A DNA stretch of 32,000 nucleotides from Candidatus Saccharimonadota bacterium (GTDB taxonomy: Bacteria; Patescibacteriota; Gracilibacteria; Absconditabacterales; Absconditicoccaceae): positions 300,001 through 332,000 of the forward strand of contig OZ246420.1 of NCBI GenBank assembly GCA_965231145.1, in the 5' to 3' direction. Of the stretch, positions 1 through 9,862 are shown one piece after another (within the stretch, counting starts at the first letter, position 1; each line of letters opens with the position of its first letter). The position numbers were made by a program, and so were the translations under genes. The notes under the pieces were generated by a model, which did no database searches, was not told the origin of the DNA, and saw only the letters and a list, made by a program, of their open reading frames with translations.

Positions 1-1787
1 TTTTCCGTGTCTTCTTCTACCGATCTCAGGAGGGCAGCATTAAATTCGATAGGGTAATTTGCTTTCAAATATGCTGTCTGATACGAAAGCATTCCATAGG
101 TCACTGAGTGCGACTTATTGAATGAGTAGAACGCAGCTGGTTCAATCATCTTCTCATAGACCCATCTTGAAGTCTCTTCTTTATAGTTTCTGAACGTCGC
201 AGCTTTTTCGATAAACTGACCTTTAATCTGCTCGATAACCTCCTTAATTTTCTTACCGATACCGCGTCTGAGATTGTCCGCTTCTGCAAGTGAAAATCAT
301 GCCATGGCTTGAACCAAGAACATGAGCTGCTCCTGATAGACGGCAATACCATAGGTGAGGCCAAGGATCGGATCAAGATCTTCTGTGAGTTTTCTTTGTT
401 CTTCTAACGCGGTTTCTTCATCGTACTTTCCAATGAGCAGATCATAGAGTTCAGGGAGCATGTATTCAATTGGCTCTTTCCCATGCTTTCTGTCAATATA
501 TCTTGGAATAAATTCCATAGGTCCTGGACGATACAGCGCACCCATCGCGATAATATCGTTTACGTCAGTTGGCTTTAGTTTTACCAAGAAATTTCTAATA
601 CCATCTCATTCAAACTGAAATACTCATGATGTATCTCCTTTCTGTAACACTCTTTCAAAGGTGTTCTTATCGTCGAGCGCAGGCTCAAACACCATCGTAC
701 GGAAATAATCTTCAAATAATTTCGGCAGCTTCTTGCCGGCTTTTGTATATTTTGCTTTCACGATCTTCATCGTGTTTTTAATAAGCGTCAGCGTTCTGAG
801 GCCCAGGAAGTCCATCTTCAAAAGACCAATGTCTTCAAGGTCGTGTCATTCGTATTGAGTTACTAATTGTTTATGTACTTCTTCGCCTGCCTTCCCTTGT
901 GGCTTTGGAGGATGCTGTACCGGCGCAAAGTGAGTGATGACGTCAGGTGCAATAATGATACCACATGCATGTACACCAGTTCCTCTTACCGTACCTTCGA
1001 GTTTGATCGCTTCGTCAAAAGTCTTCTTTAAGATAGGATCGTTGTCATACATGTTTTTGAGATCTTCCATCTGGTCGATAGACTCTTTGATGGTCTTTTG
1101 TGTAATGAGCGATGCGATGAAATTTGATCTGTCGAACGGTACGCCCATGGTTCTTGCAACGTCTTTAAACGCAGCACGTGCAGCCATGGTCATGTATGTT
1201 CCGATATGTGCAACTTTGTCTTTCCCGTATTTGTCTGCAACGTATTCTACTACCTTGTCTCTCTGTACGTCTTCGAAGTCGACGTCGATATCGGGCATAG
1301 ATACACGAGCAGGATTGAGAAATCTTTCGAAGAGGAGACCGTATGGAATAGGATCTACGTCGGTGATCCCTGTACAATATGCCATGAGAGAACCCGCAGC
1401 AGAACCACGACCTGGACCCACAGAAATATTGTTGTTCTTAGCCCGATTGATAAAGTCCTGTACGATAAGGAAGTATGTGTTATATCCCATTTCCTTTACC
1501 ACTTTGAGTTCATACTCTAAACGTTCGATATAACTTCCTATCGTTAGCTCGCCGTAAAATGTATTTGCATGTTTTTCAATAAACGTTTTTTTATTGTCAG
1601 TGTATGTTGCTCTTGTGAGTTCTCTGAGTTCTTCCGGTGTCGTTTCTGTCAGTTTTTTTACAAGCGTACCTGCAGAGGTAATTTCTACCATATCTAAAAG
1701 ATCTTGGTCTGACCAATGATTTTGTTGAAATCTTCTTCTCATGCCTGCGTAGGACAAATAACGCAGCTCAAATTCAAAAATATCCAT
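1..1787 (-). CDS. dnaE: DNA polymerase III alpha subunit, polymerase-core fragment (palm/thumb/fingers); own ATG at 1787, 3' end runs off the window
   Basis: ORF pieces 846-1787, 624-821 and 297-587 share one frame and join through in-frame TGA (846-848, 624-626, 606-608, 297-299), continuing to position 1. Motifs [40 protein letters not shown] and [17 protein letters not shown]. An in-frame TAG lies directly upstream of the ATG. Confidence 0.9.
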
Positions 1788-1793
1788 CTATTC

Positions 1794-1896
1794 AACTTAA
1801 ATCTTAAGACTAAAACCTAAAAACTTTTATAGGTACTATCATTGATGAAAATTTCCTTAGAAAAGCTTTTAGTTTTAAAGTTTACGTTTTTAGTTC
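1794..1896. repeat. Imperfect inverted repeat built from CTAAAA(C)/GTTTTAG words, upstream of the dnaE core fragment
   Basis: Left arm aacttaaatcttaagactaaaacctaaaaac; right arm gcttttagttttaaagtttacgtttttag. Exact 8-bp pairing of ctaaaaac (1817-1824) with gtttttag (1886-1893); the other words match only in shifted register. Confidence 0.4.
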
Positions 1897-1941
1897 GTTA
1901 GAGCGTTTATAAAAAAATGAGAATGAAAATCTATCAATAAT

Positions 1942-1970
1942 AAAAAAATCCTCACCGATGCAGTGAGGAT
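1942..1970 (-). terminator. Rho-independent terminator after the 1995-2585 gene
   Basis: On the minus strand: stem tcctcac/gtgagga with an 8-nt loop, followed by a T7 run. Confidence 0.7.
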
Positions 1971-1994
1971 GTTGTATTGTTTGCTTAATAGATA

Positions 1995-2585
1995 CTATGG
2001 CATAGGTAGTTCTCTACTGATGATGTCTCCCTTTTCTGTAATAGCTTCTCCGAAGTCAGGCACAAAATTGGTTTTTAGTTTTGCTGCATATGCCTGTATG
2101 CAAGGCTGAGCCGTGATGAGTAAGCGTAAGTGGGGAGAGGGAGGTAATAACTCCCATATGTTCTCCTTCCCGAATTTGGCCCATTTGTCTTGTGTGAGCT
2201 CGTCGCTTTCTTCTATGCTTACGACAAATACATTGTGTTTTGCCAGTTCTGCTTTGATAATGTCTCCGGATTCGCGATTTCTTTGGCGAGGAGCAACAAC
2301 AATGGATACGAAAGTAGGAAGATAGTTTGCCAGTAGAACAGCAGAAGCTTTCATTTGAGCTACGCCTTCTTCCATAAGAGGACCATCTTTCTCTTCAGGA
2401 CTAATTTGATTTTTTTTCTCGTAAATGCCATGGCGAAGAAGAATATTATTTCCAAATCTCCCTCTGCATTCTATTGTACGATGGCTCAGGTCTTGTGTGC
2501 TGGGGAAATTTCCAGCCTGACCTTTAGTAATGCTTCCAGCATAATGCGGGGAAGATAACGGATGTGGGTTTTTGTTCATGTGCAT
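1995..2585 (-). CDS. Histidine phosphatase superfamily (SixA/PGAM-like) protein, putative
   Basis: 196-aa ORF ending in TAG. ILLRHG...GPLMEEGVAQ...SIVVAPRQRNRESG resembles the RHG / LTxxG / SPxxRAxQT pattern of branch-1 histidine phosphatases. The second catalytic His is not obvious (LLITAQP). Confidence 0.4.
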   Translation of the reverse strand: MHMNKNPHPLSSPHYAGSITKGQAGNFPSTQDLSHRTIECRGRFGNNILLRHGIYEKKNQISPEEKDGPLMEEGVAQMKASAVLLANYLPTFVSIVVAPRQRNRESGDIIKAELAKHNVFVVSIEESDELTQDKWAKFGKENIWELLPPSPHLRLLITAQPCIQAYAAKLKTNFVPDFGEAITEKGDIISRELPMP

Positions 2586-2806
2586 ATATGTTTTTGTTGT
2601 TTTATGTGTGTTTGTATATTACTTATTGAATTGAAATTGTCAACATTTGTTCTTTGGGAAGTTTGATTGAGAAATTTTCTGAAATCAAGTAAAAAAGCCA
2701 TAATCAGGGACTCATGAATGAGAATTGTATTTCGATTGCCTTTGCAAATCATTTCACTATCACTATATGATGCAAAAGATTTTTAGTTACTAGTTCGAGA
2801 AACATA

Positions 2807-4726
2807 ATGACAGACAAGAAGCCGCAAGAATATGATGCATCCCAGATTAAGGTACTTGAGGGATTGGAGCCGGTAAGACAAAGGCCGGGTATGTATATTG
2901 GTTCAACAGATGTCAGAGGTTTGCACCACTGTGTGTTTGAAATCGTGGATAACTCAGTTGACGAGGCTCTTGCAGGATATTGTAAGAATATTTCTCTTAT
3001 ATTGAATAAAAATGGGTGGATTACCGTTAAAGACGATGGTCGTGGTATCCCTGTAGATAAACATGCAAAAACGGGTAAGTCTGCTCTTGAAACAGTGTAC
3101 ACCGTCCTTCATGCTGGAGGTAAATTTGAAAAAGGTGCATATAAAATTTCAGGAGGTCTTCATGGTGTGGGTGCGTCAGTAGTAAATGCACTTTCAACGC
3201 ATCTTAAAGTAACAGTTCATAAAAACGGAAAAGAGTACTCTATCAAATTTAAGCGTGGAGTGGCTGAACAAGAACTTCAGGTTATTGGAGACACAAAACT
3301 GCGTGGTACAACAGTAGAATTTCTTGCTGACGATACGATTTTCGAAACGATAAAATATAATTATGAAACCCTTGCTAGCAGGATGAAATATGCTGCATAT
3401 CTGACACCAGGTGTGACATTTACTATTACTGATGAGGCAACAGGAAAGTGCGAAAGATTTTACTATGAAGGTGGTATCAAAACATGGTTAAAGAATCTTG
3501 TTGATGATCAAAAACCCCTTTCTTCTTTGCATTATGTTATGCAAGAGGGAAATGATGTACTTGTCGAAACATCGTTTCAGTATGTCAATTCGAGCAATGA
3601 CAATGTACTTTCATTCGTCAATAATATTAGCACGACGGATGGTGGTACGCATGTAGTTGGTTTCAAAAATGCATTGGTGACTGTTGTCAATGAAGTAGCA
3701 AAAGCAAAGGGGAAGATTGATAATAAGATCGGTGAATTCCAGCCATCAGATATTACAGAATGACTCTATGCTATCGTTACGGTGAAGATCCCTGAACCTC
3801 AGTTTGAAGGACAGACAAAGGGAAGGCTCGGTAACAGTTACGTGAAGAAAGAGGTAGAAGATATTATGACTGATTACCTCAGAAAAAGTTTCAATGAAAA
3901 CGAAGAAGAATTTAATTCGATCCTTGAAAGGATCGTGCTCTCTGCGAGAGCAAGACTAGCGGCAAAATTCGCTCGTGAAACGGTTTTGAGAAAGAATGTG
4001 CTTGCAGGAGGAGTTCTTCCAGGAAAATTATCAGACTGTTCAAAGCGTGGAAGACATGGAACAGAGATGTATATTGTGGAGGGAGACTCAGCGGGTGGTA
4101 CAGCGAAGCAAGGACGTGATAGTGAGTTCCAAGCAATCCTTCCGCTTAAGGGTAAGATCTTAAATACTGAGCAGGCGATGGTACAGCGTATCATGGCAAA
4201 TGACGAAGTGAAAGCACTTATCACTGCTATTGGAGCAGGACTCAAGGATATGTACGATGAAGAAAAGCTTCGTTATGATAAGATCGTGATCATGACCGAT
4301 GCCGACGTAGACGGTGCACATATTAGAACACTTCTTCTTACGTTCTTCTTCAGATATATGAGACCGCTTATTGAAAATGCGCACTTGTATATCGCTGTTT
4401 CGCCTCTCTACAAGGTTAAACAAGGAAAGAAAGAGCAGTATATCTATCCTACGGATGATGCTGACCTTTCAGTCGCGTTGAAGAAATATGGATTTAAAAC
4501 TGATGAAAAATATGAGATCCAACGTTATAAGGGTCTTGGAGAAATGAATGCGGAACAGCTTTGGGATACAACGATGGATCCAGCAAAGAGACGCATGCTT
4601 CAGGTAACGGTAGACGACGCAGAGGAAGCTGATAAGCTCTTCCGTATCCTCATGGGTGAAGATGTTCTCAGTAGAAAGCATTTCATCCTGACACATGCGA
4701 AGAATGTGAAAGACTTAGATGTCTAA
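2807..4726 (+). CDS. gyrB: DNA gyrase subunit B
   Basis: ORFs 2807-3763 and 3782-4726 share a frame, joined by TGA 3761-3763 at the conserved E-G-L position ([25 protein letters not shown]). Motifs GLHHCVFEIVDNSVDE, GGLHGVGASVVNALS, EGDSAGG and DADVDGAHI. TAA stop. Confidence 0.97.
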
Positions 4727-4732
4727 AACATA

Positions 4733-4807
4733 GTTCATAAAGTTTATAAAGTTCGTAAAGTTAAAAATCTTCTCTACTTTCTACTTTATGAACCTTTAAC
4801 TTTTAAC
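4733..4807 (+). repeat. ATAAAGTT-word / CTACTTTATGAAC element, copy 1 (between gyrB and ruvA)
   Basis: gttcataaagtttataaagttcgtaaagttaaaa..ctactttctactttatgaacctttaacttttaac. GTTCATAAAGT (4733-4743) is the exact reverse complement of ACTTTATGAAC. The core is shared with copies at 6751, 22837 and 29144. Confidence 0.8.
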
Positions 4808-4821
4808 TGGTACGAAGTACA

Positions 4822-5373
4822 ATGTTTCATCTGTTCAATGGTCAGTTAGAGGTTCATGGAAACAAGAATTTTCTGACAAATGAGCTGTGTGGGATAGAGG
4901 TACAGTATAACGGAAAAGCAAAAAAAGGAACATGGTTCCTTTTTCCGTATATGGATGAGAATAATAAAACTATCCATTACTTTGCCTTTGATACGATTGA
5001 TCAGAAGCTTGTCTTTGAGCAGATGATGAAGATCTCAGGCATTGGTCCAAAGACTGCATTTGCTATCGCGGCTATAGATAAGAAAGAACTCCAGCATGCC
5101 ATAGACACCTTTGATGTCAAAGCGGTCCAGAAGATCCCTGGAGTGGGTCCCAAGACAGCAAAGAGGCTTCTGGTAGAGCTGAAAGCGACGCTCCGTTCAT
5201 CGGATATTCAAAAGCTTGAGATAGACGAAAAGCTTTTCAAAAGTATTGTGGCTACCATGAAGAACATGGGTTGGGACGCCAGGGCAGTCAGATCGAAGCT
5301 GCAAGAGTGTCCAGTGATATTGGACAAAGCACATGTGCAGGAAATTGTGAAATGGCTTATATCTGCTGTGTAA
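4822..5373 (+). CDS. ruvA: Holliday junction DNA helicase RuvA
   Basis: 183 aa with two helix-hairpin-helix motifs (ISGIGPKTAFAI, IPGVGPKTAKRLLVELK). TAA stop. Confidence 0.85.
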   Translation: MFHLFNGQLEVHGNKNFLTNELCGIEVQYNGKAKKGTWFLFPYMDENNKTIHYFAFDTIDQKLVFEQMMKISGIGPKTAFAIAAIDKKELQHAIDTFDVKAVQKIPGVGPKTAKRLLVELKATLRSSDIQKLEIDEKLFKSIVATMKNMGWDARAVRSKLQECPVILDKAHVQEIVKWLISAV

Positions 5374-5387
5374 TATAATCAATGTAC

Positions 5388-5420
5388 AAAAAAACCTCCA
5401 ATCATGGAGGTTTTTCTTTT
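5388..5420. terminator. Bidirectional rho-independent terminator (ruvA on plus, small ORF on minus)
   Basis: A-run, stem cctcca/tggagg with a 4-nt loop, then a T-run. Confidence 0.75.
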
Positions 5421-5434
5421 ACCCGAAGGGTGAA

Positions 5435-5557
5435 TTACTCACCAGCTTCTTCTGCTACTACTTCTTCTTCAGTTCCTTCAGTCATATCCTCAGCAGTATT
5501 TGCTTCAGTTGCAACAGTTGTTACTTCTTCTTCGTTGTTCTCGATCATATCGTTCAT
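5435..5557 (-). CDS. Small acidic protein (40 aa), hypothetical
   Basis: ATG..TAA ORF MNDMIENNEEEVTTVATEANTAEDMTEGTEEEVVAEEAGE, bracketed by terminators at 5578-5603 and 5388-5420. Below the ORF-track length cutoff. Confidence 0.3.
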   Translation of the reverse strand: MNDMIENNEEEVTTVATEANTAEDMTEGTEEEVVAEEAGE

Positions 5558-5577
5558 CGTGTCCTCATTTAAGGGAT

Positions 5578-5603
5578 AAAAAAAGTACTACTCAGTAGTA
5601 ACT
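5578..5603 (-). terminator. Rho-independent terminator after the dnaE-N / small ORF unit
   Basis: Minus strand: agttactac-tga-gtagtact (8 bp with one bulge) followed by T7. Confidence 0.6.
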
Positions 5604-5678
5604 GATGAATGGTACCTATTATTTTTGATAAATCAAGGGATTTCTGGCTTTTTACTATGAGAGTATTATGCGGCGTTA

Positions 5679-5810
5679 TTATCGTGTTTCTTCCTCTTCA
5701 TACTCTTCTTCTTCATTTTCGCCATTTCTTGCCTTCAGGTTATCTTCGAGTCCTATATTTTCGCTTTCAATATGAAAGCCGTGTCTTTCGAGTTCTGCGT
5801 TGGTAAACAT
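5679..5810 (-). CDS. Small acidic protein (43 aa), hypothetical
   Basis: ATG..TAA ORF MFTNAELERHGFHIESENIGLEDNLKARNGENEEEEYEEEETR. It starts 25 nt after the dnaE-N stop and is followed by its own terminator. Confidence 0.3.
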   Translation of the reverse strand: MFTNAELERHGFHIESENIGLEDNLKARNGENEEEEYEEEETR

Positions 5811-5835
5811 GGTCAATTGCTGCTTATCGTATAAA

Positions 5836-6753
5836 TTAGGCCTTCTGAGACTTTGCATAGAGCTCTGCGATATAGTCAGGACTCTTGTAGACCGGGAAGA
5901 GGAGCTGATGTAGTGGTATGTTTATATCAATGCTATCTATGAGCTTCTGATTATTTCCAATCCAACCGTCTATCTGTTCTTGCTGATAACCATTGGTTTT
6001 GAGGGTCTGAACAATTTCATCTTCACTCATGATGTGCCATTCGCCTTCTTTTTTCTTTCTGCCATGCTCATAATATTGCTTACCATCCTTGATGCATGTT
6101 GCAATATCGGCCGCATCTTTTTCGTCTGGTGAGATATAATGGAAGTTATTATCTACGACACAGGGTATAGAAAGGCTCTCGCTGAGTGTCAGAATAGCAC
6201 TATTTATTTTTTTGAGAGCTGGTACAGCTGTGTATGCTTGCGCTGTGACTTCAAAAAAGAATTGTTCTTCCGGGAAATATCAGCGATGGATACTCATCAG
6301 TTCTTCGATTTTCTTTGCGTTTTCTCACTGTTGGAGTAATCGCGCCAGATAGCTTCATTCTCCACCAATAAGGGCAATCAGATGCGTTGATCTCTCTTTC
6401 AGTTTTTCCAGCGGAAAATAAGGAATAGAAGCAGTAGAAGCTGTGTGCGCCTCCGATACTATTTCAAGAAGGGCGCGGTAGCCGTCATAGTTTTTCGCAA
6501 GAAGTACCGTATAACATGGTTTCTCCATTTTACCTTCTCTGACCACATGCGTACAGAGTTCAACACCCATAATAGGTTTCAAGCCTTCTTTTTTGGCTAC
6601 CTCATACTGCTGGATGCTTCCGTACATACCATTATAATCGGAAATAGGCATAGTCTCTTGCCCTAAACTTTTGATCTTTTTTGCTATAGGTTTTATGTCT
6701 CCTATGGCTTGCAGCAATGAGTAGTGACTATGGCCGTGAATATGATTGAACAT
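5836..6753 (-). CDS. dnaE: DNA polymerase III alpha subunit, N-terminal PHP-domain fragment (about 305 aa), encoded as a separate gene
   Basis: Single frame through TGA at 6355-6357, 6322-6324 and 6277-6279. MFNHIHGHSHYSLLQAIGDIKPIAKKIKSLGQETMPISDYNGMYG..GLKPIMGVE is the DnaE PHP N-terminus; IPCVVDNNFHYISPDEKDAADIATCIKDGK is the later PHP motif. It ends LFPVYKSPDYIAELYAKSQKA-TAA, with a second in-frame TAA three codons later. Start taken at ATG 6753, because the upstream ATG at 6783 lies inside the repeat. Confidence 0.88.
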
Positions 6754-6873
6754 AAAGCAGTTTATAAAGTTTATAAAGCTCAAACTAGTTCATAAAGTTT
6801 GTAAAGCTCATAAAGCTCATAAAGTTAAAACATCTTAAATGAGTTTAAACTTTCTACTTTAAGAACTTTTAAC
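6751..6873 (+). repeat. ATAAAGTT-word / CTACTTTAAGAAC element, copy 2 (expanded word array)
   Basis: cataaagcagtttataaagtttataaagctcaaactagttcataaagtttgtaaagctcataaagctcataaagttaaaac...tttctactttaagaacttttaac. Confidence 0.8.
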
Positions 6874-7043
6874 TGTGATGTGTATAAGAATTTCAGCTCG
6901 GTGTTCAATGTCAATAGTGACTGATTTGCATTACATATCGGACTCATTATACATAGATGTAATTGGAGAGGATAGGATAAAAAGAGGAATTGAGAAGCTG
7001 ATATTAGGAAGATTTTATAACCTGTTTTATTGTATAAAAGCTT

Positions 7044-9296
7044 ATGATTATGAAGAAATATATGCTATGCTGCATGCTTGTTTGTATGAGTGTCTTGGCT
7101 TCGTATGGAGTTACATCGGCTGCCTCATGGAATTTGCCATGAGTGACGATAGTCACCCGTGAGGAGTGGGGGGCTGATGAGTCGTGGAAGTATACTGCAC
7201 GTCCGGAGTATCAGGCCATGCTGAAAGATGAAAGTGATAAATATATTAGTGAGGCGGAAGAGGAAAGACAAAAGCAGGATGCCGAAAAAAACAGGACTGC
7301 TCGTCAATTTGCGCTTGAGCATTTTGCCAATGACATCTTTATCGATAGCGTTGTAAAAACAGAAAATGGAAATGAACTGTGGTGGCCATTTGAGTATAGA
7401 TATAATAAGTCGAAGGTGATCGTTCATCATACGACCAATAGCATCTCTGCCATAAAGACAGAAAAAGATATGAATGCGCTTTTGCAATCTGTCTATAAGT
7501 ACCATGCTTTTGCTAATGGGCGGGGCGATATTGGATATAACTTTATCATCTCGCCGGGTGGAGTTGTCTATGAAGGGAAGGCTGGCGGTGAAGGTATCAT
7601 TGGTGCACATGCAACATGGAATAATCAGCAGAGCATCGGGATTGCGCTTATTGGAAATTTCAATGATGAGCAGCCAACAGATGCGCAGATAAAAACTCTT
7701 ATTAGACTCATCACTTCACTTGCACAGAAATATAATATAGACCCGGAGAGTAAGACTGACTGGCATAAAAAAATGACTGCATATCCATATGTTTCTACAT
7801 TTCAAAATTATACCGTCGTGGGACATAGAGATGTCGGTGCGACTGCATGTCCAGGTGAAAACCTTTATAAATTGCTTCCTGCTATCCGCGATAGTGTCGT
7901 AAACAATTTGAAAAGAGAGGGTTATCTGGCAGCATCTACGCAACCGATAGTAACTACATCGGTGAAGCCAGTTACTACTAAGCCATCTATGCCTCTGCCC
8001 GCAAATTCACAAAAGAGTATGATTGGCTTAGCGCCAGTCAGTAGCAATGCAGCAGGTGTCTATCTTGTGCGTACGCGTACTGCAAATATGGGAACTACTT
8101 TGCCAAGATGTCAGGTATCAAGCAAAGATGTGCTTATTTCAGGCTGTATGTATCGTGGAGGAGAACTTATCATAGCAGTTAAAAAACGTTCTGCTAGCGT
8201 TGATCCTGGGGAGATCAATATTACTGCGACTTCGCGTACATCACAGGTGGTACTATCGGTGGAACTTATAAGTAACAAGACAACAACTGTCAAACCAAGT
8301 GCTCCGACAACTTCCACCGTTTCTTCACCAGCGATCACTAATCCATTACTTGAGCAGAGGAGGAAGCTGTTCTCGCTTCCTGCAGTTTCAGCAAATATCA
8401 AGATAGCATTGCCGACCTCTGCATCTGATGCACCTTCGTTTATGAAAAAAGATATGCGCGTCTTGCTGTACAATGCCTCTATGCTTTCTTCGTCATGGAT
8501 TGTTACGTGTAGCGGCTCATGTACTATTTCTGATACGCCGTTTACAAAGATTAATGTAAGCTATACTGGTGGAATGCTCGGCGTCCAGAAAAATGGACTT
8601 GTCCGGAAGGAGAGCGGACTTACTGTAGTAGCAAGTTCAGGTTCAACTCTTGCCATTTCTGATGCGTTGACGCAAAAGCAGTATGGTATCTATAGATGAA
8701 AGCTTGATATCTTACAGCAGCAAGTCAAAAAGATAGATGGAAACTATGTGACACAATATGCTCTTATCAATACGCTTCCCTTAGAACAATATCTTGCTGG
8801 TATCGCAGAAGCATCTGATGCTGAGCCTATGGAGAAGACAAAGGTCTTAGCATTGCTTTCGAAGGCATATGCGCTCTATTACGTGGGAGGAAGCAGTGCA
8901 CATCCTTCGATACCGAAAGGAGTTGTCTACAACTCTATAGACGATCCTCGCTTCTTCCAGAAGTATGTGGGAGTGACATGGGAACAAAGATCAAAAAATC
9001 GATGACCTGCGCTTGCGGCGACGAAAGATATGTATGTCGTCTATAATAATATATTGCCGATTCTTCCATACTTCCACTGTTCGCCAGGCTTCACATGGTC
9101 TGCGCGCGAGAAGTGGGGGTGGAATGATACTCCATATTTACAGTCTGTTCTTGATGATTCAGGTTGTACCACATTTGAATGACATGGAGTCGGACTGAGT
9201 GGACAATGAGCAACAAAGAAGGCAAAAGACGGTCTCAAAGCAGAGGATATTATTACGTATTACTATCCTGGGACTACGTTACAAATTATCAAATAA
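7044..9296 (+). CDS. Secreted peptidoglycan hydrolase: N-acetylmuramoyl-L-alanine amidase (Amidase_2/PGRP) fused to a SpoIID/LytB domain via a Ser/Thr-rich linker
   Basis: Single frame from ATG 7044 to TAA 9294-9296 through TGA at 7140-7142, 8697-8699, 9003-9005, 9180-9182 and 9207-9209. Signal-peptide-like N-terminus MIMKKYMLCCMLVCMSVLASYGVTSAAS. Amidase_2 motifs TREEWGADES, VIVHHT, GDIGYNFIISPGGVVYEG, VGHRDVGATACPG. SpoIID motifs LEQYLAGIAE, KVLALLSKAYALYY, G-HGVGLSGQ-G-A, IITYYYPGT. Confidence 0.85.
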
Positions 9297-9310
9297 TCAT
9301 ATTATAATAT

Positions 9311-9342
9311 AAAAAAGGACGTGCGTCGAGCGCGTCCTTTTT
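9311..9342. terminator. Bidirectional terminator between convergent genes
   Basis: aaaaaa-GGACGTGCG-tcga-GCGCGTCC-ttttt (GGAC..GTCC clamp hairpin with A- and T-runs). Confidence 0.7.
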
Positions 9343-9832
9343 ACGATCGAAGATCGTTGTGGGAATATCATTTATTTCTGAGTGTGATGTAGATAGGTCG
9401 AACTTTTTTATAGAAATTTCTACCATTGCCTTCGTTGTCCAGAAAATGTTTTTCTTCTTCCTCTATTATACTTTGGTCCATGTTTAATTCGTGAAGTAAT
9501 GTTTCTATCTCGTCAATTAGATGAAGCTTTCTTTGCGAGTTTCCATCTTGTAGTTCTGATAACGCGTCTTTATCTATAGCGCGATATCAGCCAGGGAAGT
9601 AACTATGAAAATTGTTGAAATAGCTTATAAAATTAGCATTTTCATCGTTTTGCATCTGTTTGAAAAAAGCCTCAATGTACTTTACGGGCATGTATGTGAA
9701 AAAGTCATGCGTTCCGATTTCTCCTAGCGTTATTTTAAGATCATTTGCGACAGTAACTTTTTGCTCTGTCATGATCGGAGTATTATTTTCATCTTTTTCT
9801 CAAGTAGGTTTTGTATAAGAAACGATACTCAT
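9341..9832 (-). CDS. Hypothetical protein
   Basis: Frame continuous from ATG 9832 (alternative ATG 9772) through TGA at 9800-9802, 9587-9589 and 9368-9370 to TAA 9341-9343. No motif recognised. Confidence 0.55.
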
Positions 9833-9862
9833 AGATTGGTAATACAGGTTAAATAATGTCTA

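Noticed and set aside
934-1533. Long ORFs antisense to conserved genes (934-1533, 1206-1520, 3874-4245, 8111-8473, 13046-13372, 17519-18118, 18287-18607, 20467-20916, 22282-22695 and others)
   Set aside because: They fully overlap strongly supported genes on the opposite strand and have low-complexity or odd composition. They are typical shadow ORFs.
5382-5579. 65-aa Ser/Thr/Val-rich plus-strand ORF
   Set aside because: It is the mirror image of the acidic minus-strand ORF and spans the ruvA terminator, so it is unlikely to be real.
1700-5900. Split intein at the dnaE break, as in cyanobacterial dnaE-n/dnaE-c
   Set aside because: The N fragment ends with ordinary DnaE-like sequence and no ~100-aa Hint N-lobe. 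The C fragment begins directly with DnaE sequence, with no ~35-aa intein C-lobe and no HN-Cys/Ser/Thr junction.
6875-7162. 95-aa ORF upstream of the amidase gene
   Set aside because: It is out of frame with, and overlaps, the signal-peptide start of the amidase-SpoIID gene (ATG 7044). It has no motif and begins inside the repeat element.
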